From positions 193,998,001 through 194,062,000 of the forward strand of contig OZ024742.1 of assembly GCA_964016885.1 (NCBI GenBank): a stretch of DNA of 64,000 nt, in the 5' to 3' direction. The position numbers were made by a program, and so were the translations under genes. Below the pieces are notes generated by a model. It ran no database searches. It saw only the letters and a program-made list of their open reading frames with translations, and was not told the origin of the DNA. Below, in pieces: positions 54,175 to 64,000 of this stretch (position 1 is its first letter; every line of letters begins with the position of its first letter). Source of the stretch: Eledone cirrhosa (lineage: Eukaryota).

Positions 54175-57100
54175 AAAAGTTCTATTTAAATTGTTGGGAT
54201 ACAACAAGCAAATATTTTTATGACTGATATAAATAATATTTGGAGTAAAATAATACGATATTAACAAATGGAAACTATATTTATAAAACCATATGTATTT
54301 CATTATACATATTTCAAGGACACCAAGTTAAATTATGGTGTGCTTTCATCAGATAAAATATAATATAGATCAGTTTTATGAAAAGATATTGACATACCCT
54401 TAAAAAATGCAACTATTACTGTTGGAAGCTCCCGGATAGTGGAGTTGTTTAATTATATTATTATTAGTATTGGATATTTTTATTTTTAAAATAAGCCGTT
54501 GGGTTACAGAGAAAGAAAAAGATAAAGAAGGAGAGAGAGAAAATGAGAGAGAAAGAGAAACCAAAACAACAGTGAGAGAAATATATATAGAGAGAGAGGA
54601 GACAGTGAGAAGGGGATAGAACGAAAACCTCTAAGTCAATCTTGTTGAGTTAACTTAACAATTGAGATGAAATGAATAAATAAAATTAGAAATGTTCATA
54701 ATCATGAATGGAATATACATATATAATATGAGAAATTAACCATTGTTTAAATATGATTAGATGTTTAGTTAATCATTTAAAAATTGAGATCAATATATTA
54801 AAAACTGGGATCTATACATTAAGAAATGCATATATTACTAGAGAACTACATATCATATAACACGTATACACACGCAAAAATACATATAAATATATATACT
54901 TATAAAATACATAACATATCTAACTACCTACATAATATATATACACGAAGCATAAAGGATTCTTGAATTTAATTTAAGATATAGGAATCTTTAAAATGTT
55001 ATAATTGTTAAGATATTAAAGGAAAGTTTATGTTATACACAGTTTATGTTATTAAAAAAAAATGATTACCTGTTATGTATTTATGGATGTTATTATATGT
55101 CTATCTGTCACGAATCATGGGATAATCACTATACATAAGTGCAATCAAATTGTATTGATATACACGCACATGTACATAAACAATTCTCAAATATATATAT
55201 ATACATGTGCGTGTACCCTCAGCCAATAGGTAGATACGCATCACGTATACATATACAGACAGACAGACATACATTCATAAAAACGTATATACATATATAC
55301 TCACATATAGAGAGAAGTATATATAAATACAGTACATAGTATAATTGAGTACATAAAATACAAAATAATTATATTACAATTTGGAAATATAATTATAAGC
55401 AATATAACTTTAAAAGCAATACAACTTTAAAATATTATAGTATATTTTAAGTTATAATTTCAAAATAATAGTATGTTTAATAGATTTAGTATAGAAATTC
55501 ATTTTACGTATACTTAACTCAACACTTTGAAAGGATAAACTTTTGAAAATAGGAGAAGCTATCAGAACAATAAAAAAAACAATAAAAAATATAAGAAATA
55601 AGAAATATTTTCTCCTTTCAAGGGCTCTCAATATATTTCTCTAGAATAGTTTATTATATTTATATTTATTTATATTTAGGAAGAAAAGTTATTTTTACTT
55701 GAGTCAGTCAAAAATGATGAAGGAATCTCATGATTTATCGACAGGTTCAATATATTAATACAATTAATAAAATTAATTAATTAATTATATACTACATTTT
55801 AAATTTATATTTATATTTAAACGTTGAGTTTAATCTATGTCTGCAGCAACTGAATAAATTATTCCTTAAGTTAAGGGAATCTTTGGTCTTTGATATAAAG
55901 AATATTTCCTCTATACAAAGATCGCAATTTTCTGAAGAGGAGTTAAAAGGAGTAGCTTTCAAATAATATTCCAAATCAAGGAATATGCAACGTTCTTTAG
56001 TTTTAGGTCCTATAATAGGCTCGATAGAGAAGTTGAAGATTTTTAGTTTGGATCTGTAAAATAATGTTTATGATTATTGAAGCGGGATTTAAACTCTGTG
56101 GAAGTAGATCCCACATAATTAAATGAATTTAAATTAGTTTTTACTTTACAATTATATACTAAATTTTTAGCTAAGCAATTGTTATTTAACGGACAGTTAG
56201 ATTTATTTCTACAGTTAAATTTATCTGATTGAATATTGCTTGGGTTATTATTGGTATTTTGGTTAGGTTTTAAATTTCTATTATTAATTCTATTAATATT
56301 TTGCGCTAAATTTTTGGTGGAAGAATAAGTTAATTTTATAGTATGTCTATTAAAAATTGAGTAATATCTATGTGTTCTAGGGAAGCATTTGGCAAGAGCT
56401 TTAAAAAATAGTTTAGCAATAGGGGTTTTAATATTTAATGAGAAAGGAGGAGCGAACCATAATATGTTCCTAGTTCTATTTCTTTTTCGGCTTTCGGAAT
56501 TAATATAAGGTTTTCTATTTTAGTTGCTAAAATTGTTATCATAGTTAAAATTGTTACGATTATAGTTAGTTTTTATATTATTATTATTATCGATGTATTT
56601 AATTTTATTTCTATACCCAGCTCTACCTAACGCTTCGGTGTAATAATGTGCTTTTTCATCAAATATATTCTTATTAGCTGAAATTCTCGAAATTCGTTCT
56701 TGTACAGAGTTCACTATAGTATGTTTAACGGATCTGGGGTGATTAGAGTTAAAATTGACGTAATTTAAGTTCTCATTTAGTTTGTGAAATGGATAATGAA
56801 GACATATGTTAAGATTTAGTGTTACATCTAGAAAATTGACTATTTCATTGTTATTCTCTATTTCTACTTTTAGATTAAGGTAATTAAAAATTTGTATAAT
56901 TTGTTTTCCTTTTCTATTTAGTTCACAGTTATTATTTTCTATAAGTAAAAGCATATCGTCACGATATAAACCTCCGGTTATCTCAGGTATTTTTCTATGT
57001 AGAGAATTAATTATAAATGGACCCACAAGATCCGTTACCTGAGCGGAATCGGATGATCCCATAGTTATGTCGAAATTATTATTTCGATCTGCCCTAGTCC

Positions 57101-58630
57101 AGAGTTGGTTATTAAATTCTATTATGCCTATTTCATGAATTATATAAGAGGCTTCTGTATTCAATTTTTCAAGGTCGTCTTTATTTGCTACTTTGTATTT
57201 CTTCCATAATTCCTTTAATATAAGATCGTTATAAATGTCCTTTTGTATTCCATAAAGATTATTGGTTTTGTCAGACTTGACTAGAATTTTCTCCGTTTTT
57301 TAAAGTTTTCAATATTATTTTTAATATTTGTTAAGTAATCCTGGCTTTTGAAGTTGTTTTTGAATTTGATGCTTTGGATGATAGATATGATATCATTTTC
57401 AAAATCCAATTGTAGTTTGATGGGGGGTGGATTTTTTTTAGATTTGAAGATTTTATCCAGATTGGAGACATTTTCATTTAGATTAGATTTATCGAAGAGG
57501 AAAGCACGCCATCTGATTCTTCTTATAAAAGAGTCTGAGTTTTCTATTAATTGTTTAATAAAATCTTTATTCCTAGGTAAAGATATGTCTTTTAGAGAAG
57601 AAGAGATCTTAAAGAATTCCATTTTTCAGTTATAATATAAAGCGCTCGACAATACAGGAGCAGAATATATGTAAAAGTTCTATTTAAATTGTTGGGATAC
57701 AACAAGCAAATATTTTTATAACTGATATAAAGCACTCAACAAATATTTGGAGTAAAAATACGATATTAACAAATAGAAACTATATTTATAAAACCATATT
57801 TATTTCATTATACATATTTAAAGGACACCAAGTTAAATTATAGTGTGCTTTCATTAGATAAAATATAATATAGATCAGTTTAATAAATAAATATTGACAT
57901 ACCCTTAAATACCATTACTGTTGGAAGCTCCCGGATAGTGGAGTTGTTTAATTATATTATTATTAGTATTGGATATTTTTATTTTTAAAATAAGCCGTTG
58001 GGTTACAGATGAAGAAAAAGATAAAGAAGGAGAGAGAGAAAAACAGAAGAGAGAGAGAAAAGAGAGAGAGAGAGACCAAAACAGCAGAGAGAGAAAGATA
58101 TATATAGAGAGAGGGGACAGAGGGAAGGGGAGAGAACGAAAACCTCTAATTCATATCTTGTTGAGTTAACTTAACAATTGAGATGAAATAAATAAATACA
58201 ATTAGAAATGTTAATAATCATGAATGGAATATAAATATATAATATGAGAAATTAACCATTGTTTAAATATGATTAGATGTTTAGTTAATCATTTAAAAAT
58301 TGAGATCAAAATATTAAAATCTGGGATCTATACATTAAGAAATCCATATATTACTAGAGAACTACATATCATATAACACGGATACACACGCAAAAATACA
58401 TATAAATATATATACAACACTTATAAAATACATAACATATCTAACTACGTATATAATATATACACACAAAGCATAAAGGATTCTTTAATTTAATTTAAGA
58501 CAGGAATCTTTAAAAGGTTATAATTGTTAAGATATTAAAGGAAATTTTATGTAATACACACTTTATGTTATTAAACAAAATATTTTTATATAAGTTTTAT
58601 AAGATTACCTGTTATGTATTTATGGCTGTT
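54175..58630 (-). mobile_element. PLE family C, left arm (probably Hydra clade); retains GIY-YIG, lacks part of RT
   Basis: ORF fragments 57622 to 55792: FIRRIRWRA, SDKTNNLY, FDITMGSSDSAQVTDLVG, GGLYRDD, VYNCKV...YVGST...RFNNH, CDLCIEE, CCRH. The pseudo-LTR is repeated at both ends. Confidence 0.88.
54296..54360 (-). ncRNA. Type I hammerhead in the PLE family C pseudo-LTR (also 62464-62529 +; core-mutated copies 57801-57865 - and 58907-58971 +)
   Basis: TATTTTAT-CTGATGA-AAGcACACCA-taatttaact-TGGTGTcCTT-GAAA-TATGTA-TA|ATGAAATA. Confidence 0.85.
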
Positions 58631-58667
58631 CTCTCCCCTTCTCTTTGTCTCGTCTATCTCTCTCTAA

Positions 58668-58703
<36 letters not shown>

Positions 58704-61700
58704 GCTCTCTCTCTCTCTCTCTTTTTCTCTCTCTCCTTCTTTATCTTTTTCTTTCTCTGTTTACCCAACGGCTTATTTTAAAAATAAAAATATCCAATAC
58801 TAATAATAATATAATTAAACAACTCCACTCTCCGGGAACATCCAACAGTAATGGTTGCATTTTTTAAGGGTATGCCAATATTTATTCATAAAAGTTATCT
58901 ATATTATATTTTATCTGAGGAAAGCACACCATAATTTAACTTGGTGTCCTTTAAATATGTATAATGAAATAAATATGGTTTTATAAATATAGTTTCCATA
59001 TGTTAATATCGTATTTTTACTCTAAATATTTGTTGAGTGCTTTATATCAGTTATAAAAATATTTGCTTGTTGTATCCCAACAATTCAAATAGAACTTTTA
59101 CATATATTCTCCTCCTGTATTGTCGAGCGCTTTATATTATAACTGAAAAATGGAATTCTTTAAGATCTCTTCTTCTCTAAAAGACATACACTTACCTAGG
59201 AATAAAGATTTTATTAAACAATTAATATAAAAATCAGACTATTTTATAATAAGAATTAGGTGGCGTGCTTCCACTTCGATAAATCTAATCTAAATGAAAA
59301 TGTCTCCAATCTGGATAAAATCTTCAAATCTAAAAAAAATCCACCCCCCAACAAAATACAATTGGATTTTTAAAATGATATCATATCTATCCTCCAAAGC
59401 ATCAAATTCAAAAACAAATTCAAAAGCCAGGATTACTTAAGAAATATTTTAAATAATATTGAAAACTTGGAGAAAACGGAGAAAATTCTAGTCCAGTCTG
59501 ACAAAACCAATAATCTTTACGGAATACAAAAGGAGATTTATAACGATCTTATATTAAAGGAATTAAGGAAGAAATACAAAGTAGCAAATAAAGACGACCT
59601 TGAAAAATTGAATACAGATGCCTCTTATATAATGCATGAACTAGGCATTAAACATAGGACATAACCCTTCATGCCAAGGAAACCTAAGATTATTATGAAG
59701 GATCATAAAAGGAACTTCGAAACTGATTTACCAGTCTATTAATTGCACCATCTAAATCGGACCTTGGCAGACTTAGCAAAAATATTCTGGACAGAATAAT
59801 ACCACAAATTAAGAATTTATTTTTTTTTAAATTATGGAAAGGAAGTAGTGAAGTTATCGATAGGTTTAAAGAAATTAAATATAACTAATAATAAGTTTAT
59901 TCAGTTGGATATTGCTAACTAGTATTCATCTATCACTCCTAATCTACCGAATAAGGCACTAACTTACGCATTTAAACATACAGACATAACTAGCAATGAA
60001 ATGCACATTATATTATCGGCACGGAAAACATTAATAGAATTTAATAACCAACTCTGGACTAGGGCAGATCGAAATAATAATTTCGACATAACTATGGGAT
60101 CATCCGATTCCGCTCAGGTAACGGATCTTGTGGGCCTATTTATAATTAATTCTCTTCATAGAAAAATACCTGAGATAACCGGAGGTTTATATCGTGACGA
60201 CATGCTTCTACTTATAGAAAATAATAACTGTGAACTAAATAGAAAAAGAAAACAAATTATACAATTTTTTAATTACCTTAATCTAAAAGTAGAAAGAGAG
60301 AATAACCATAAAATAGTCAATTTTCTAGATGTAACACTAAATCTTAACACATGTCTTCATTATCCATTTCACAAACTAAATGAGAACTTAAATTACGTCA
60401 ATTTTAACTCTAATCACCCCAGATCCGTTAAGAATACTATAGTGAACTCTGTACAAGAACGAATTTCGAGAATAAAAATATATTTGATGAAAAAGCACAT
60501 TATTACAACGAAGTGTTAGGTAGAGCTGTGTATATAAATAAAATTAAATACATCGATAATAATAATAATATAACAACTAACCATAATCGTAACAAATTTA
60601 ACTATTATAACAATTTTAACAACTATAATAGAAAACCTTACATTAATTCCGAAAGCCGAAAAAGAGATAGAACTAGGAACATATTATGGTTCGCTCCTCC
60701 TTTGTCATTAAATATTAAAACCCCTATTGCTAAACTATTTTTTAAAGCTCTTGCCAAATGCTTCCCTAGAACACATAGATATTACTCAATTTTTAATAGA
60801 CATACTATAAAATTAACTTATGCTTCCACCAAAAATTTAGCGCTAAATATTAATAGAATTAATAATAGAAATTTAAAACCTAACCAAAATACCAATAACA
60901 ACCCAAGCAATATTCATTCTGATAAATGTAACTGTAGAAATAAATCTAACTGTCCGTTAAATAACAATTACTTAGCTAAATATGTAGTATATAATTAATT
61001 AATTAATTTTATTAATGTTATTAATATGTTGAACCTGTCGATAAATCATTAGATTCCTTCATCTTTTTTGACTGATTATACACTCAAATAAACATAACTT
61101 TTCTTCCTATATATAAATAAATATAAATATAATAAACTATTCTAGAGAAATATATTGAGAGCTCTTGAAAGGAGAAAATATGTTTTATTTATTATTTTTT
61201 TTATTGTTTTTTTATTGTTCTGAAGGCTTCTCCTATTTTCAAAAGTTTATCCTTTCAAAATGTTGTGTTAAGTATACGTAAAATGAATTTCTATACTAAA
61301 TCTATTAAACATACTATTATTTTGAAATTATAACTTAAAATATTCTATAATATTTTAAAAAATTGTATTGCTTTTAAAGTTATATTGCTTATAATTATAT
61401 TTCCAAATTGTAATATAATTATTTTGTATTTTATGTACTCAATTATACTATGTACTGTATTTATATATACTTCTCTCTATATGTGAGTATATATGTATAT
61501 GTGTGTATTGACATACATGTACGATTGTTTTATGCGTTTTTATGAATGTATGTCTGTCTGTCTGTATATGTATACGTGATGCGTATCTACCTATTGGCTG
61601 AGGGTACACGCACATGTATATATATATATTTGAGAATTGTGTATGTACATGTGCGTGTATATCAATACAATTTGATTGCACTTATGTATAGTGATTATCC

Positions 61701-62570
61701 CAAGATTCGTGACAGATAGACATATAATAACAGCCATAAATACATAACAGGTAATCTTTTTTTTTAATAACATAAACTGTGTATAACATAAAACTTTCCT
61801 TTAATATCTTAACAATTATAACATTTTAAAGATTCCTACATCTTGAATTAAATTAAAGAATCCTTTATGCTTCGTGTATATATATTATATAGGTAGTTAG
61901 ATATGTTATGTATTTTATAAGTGTGTATATATATTTATATGTATTTTGCGTGTGTATACGTGTTATATGTTATGTAGTTCTCTAGTAATATATGGATTTC
62001 TTAATGTATAGATCCCAGTTTTTAATATATTGATCTCAATTTTTAAATGATTAACTAAACATCTAATCATATTTAAACAATGGTTAATTTCTCATATTAT
62101 ATATGTATATTCCATTCATGATTATTAACATTTCTAATTTTATTTATTCATTTCATCTCAATCGTTAAGTTAACTCAACAAGATATGACTTAGAGGTTTT
62201 CGTTCTCTCCCCTTCTCTCTGTCTCCTCTCTCTCTATATATATTTCTCTCTCTGTTGTTTTGGTCTCTCTCTCTCTCTCATTTTCTCTCTCTCCTTCTTT
62301 ATCTTTTTCTTTCTCTGCAACCCAACGGCTTATTTTAAAAATAAAAATATCCAATACTAATAATAATATAATTAAACAAGTCCACTATCCGGGAGCTTCC
62401 AACAGTAATAGTTGCATTTTTTAAGGGTATGTCAATATTTATTTATAAAACTGATCTATTTTATATTTTATCTGACGAAAGTACACCATAATTTTACTTG
62501 GTGTCCTTGAAATATTATATAATGAAATAAATATGGTTTTATAAATATAGTTTCCATTTGTTAATATCGT
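58628..62570 (+). mobile_element. PLE family C, right arm; retains RT, lacks GIY-YIG
   Basis: ATG at 59150; SDKTNNLY, GGLYRDD, NFLDVTLNL, SNHP, CNCRNKSNCPL; pseudo-LTRs at about 58630-59145 and 62200-62570; ends at (TA)n. Confidence 0.88.
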
Positions 62571-62676
62571 ATATATATATATATATTTTATAGAGGGAGC
62601 TTCCAAAAAATTTTACTCTGCCATGTATTGAGTACCTTACTTACTGTGGTTATCCCCGACTCAACCCGGGACCTAC

Positions 62677-62715
<39 letters not shown>

Positions 62716-63578
62716 CGCGCGTTGGTGTGTGTGTATTCGTATGTGCATGTGTGTCTATATTAATATAGACCTATACGTGTACACATGTATACGAATTTTA
62801 ACCAATTATCACTTTTATAATTAATTATTTATTACCTTCTATTATAATTATGAGTATGCCCTTTCCGTAATCTGAAACTTCTCATAAACCTTTTACTATC
62901 TTTTATCCATTTACATTTATATATACCATACTTTTCTTCGTTTTGGAGTCCTTGTGATCTGCAGTCTTTACAACATTGTACATTACGAATCATTATAGGC
63001 TTTAGCAGATTCACTGCCACGCTACACCAGTCTTTGGCCGGGGACCAGCACTAGTATCGCAGGTTGCTTGGTGACGTCAGACCTTATTAAAGACACAAAG
63101 AAATGGTTTTGTGTTGGTGGTGTACGACAAGCTGCGACTGAGAGTATTTAATATCAGTCTACTGCAGGAATGTCTCTCACGGACACTCCGCCTTCCGTGG
63201 TGGCGCCTACAAACTCACAATGCATAGTGTTCTCGAGTGTGGGATATAGGGGACACATGTACAGCGATCGGTTCGATTGACCGACCCGCCCCCCCGTGTC
63301 AATTCTCTATTTATATATTGCTTTAACCTAGAATTTTTTACTAAATCTTTTTTGGTTCTCATACCTAATGCCGTCGCCGAGTGTCTTGCTTCAGGTGATG
63401 TGGTAATCCACGAGTCATGGAAATCATATTGTATTTTTACGTAACATTAAATAAATGCAATGGATCCAGCCTATAATGGATGCTACTCACTACGTTGTGT
63501 TTTTAATCATGGCAACTGGTAATGGGAATGATCTGCTAATGGAAGTGACAAGATCTACACAGTATTTAAAACATCGAC

Positions 63579-63634
<56 letters not shown>

Positions 63635-63707
63635 CCGGGTTGAATCGGAGGTAACCACAGTAAGTAAGGTACTCAATACATAGCAGAGTATAAATATTTT
63701 AATATAG

Positions 63708-63806
63708 AAGAGCTTCTAGAGGACTAGAACTGTTTCAATCGTGAGAAATCATCAGGAAGCTGAGGAATTCTCATGAATGAAACAGTTCTAGTCCTGTAGA
63801 AGCTCT

Positions 63807-63807
<1 letters not shown>
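63708..63807. repeat. 100-bp imperfect palindrome of two back-to-back hammerheads (63711-63761 -, 63760-63804 +)
   Basis: Consensus of the two arms: AGCTTC-CTGANGA-ATTCtcatGAAT-GAAA-CAGttctagtcCTG-TA|GAAGCT; followed by (TA)n. Confidence 0.75.
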
Positions 63808-63837
<30 letters not shown>

Positions 63838-63934
63838 GTAGAACACTGGAAGATAATATCCGTAGTGGTAGAGCACTCAGTCCATGGGACGAGTCAAGTA
63901 GAAGTGGTTACTCAACAGTTAGTTCACCATACCG

Positions 63935-63968
63935 AGAACAATTGTTTCACCTTAGCGGATCCTCAGCT
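63935..63968 (-). ncRNA. Minimal hammerhead motif (short stems)
   Basis: AG-CTGAGGA-tCCgctaaGGt-GAAA-CAATTG-TT|CT. Confidence 0.6.
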
Positions 63969-64000
63969 ACCTGCGGTAGGCCATCGAGCACTCGATGCTC

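Noticed and set aside
55712-55750. ATGATGA...CGACA HHR-like motif antisense to PLE family C
   Set aside because: Both core segments deviate and the other arm's copy is no closer to consensus.

Overview
AT-rich, microsatellite-dense eukaryotic (animal) DNA made almost entirely of transposon remnants. The SINE and repeat families resemble those of octopus/cephalopods, which is an inference. No intact host gene is supportable, and most listed ORFs are translated microsatellites. Identified elements: a decayed Helitron RepHel plus a non-autonomous Helitron sharing its 3' terminus, a mariner remnant, Tx1/L1-, RTE- and Ingi-like LINE remnants, tRNA-derived SINEs, and three large Penelope-like element (PLE; RT + GIY-YIG) insertions with inverted architecture. 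The main signal is about 30 type I hammerhead ribozyme (HHR) motifs, read by eye, from more than a dozen unrelated sequence families. Most have short palindromic stem III and lie in (TA)n-flanked non-coding units arranged as tandem and/or fold-back (palindromic) insertions. In the best case (4189-6588), a ~466-nt HHR repeat forms a 2.4-kb palindrome whose inversion point is the ribozyme cleavage site. This suggests a PLE-mobilised, (TA)n-associated, snap-back retrozyme system. All structures were folded manually; activity is untested.
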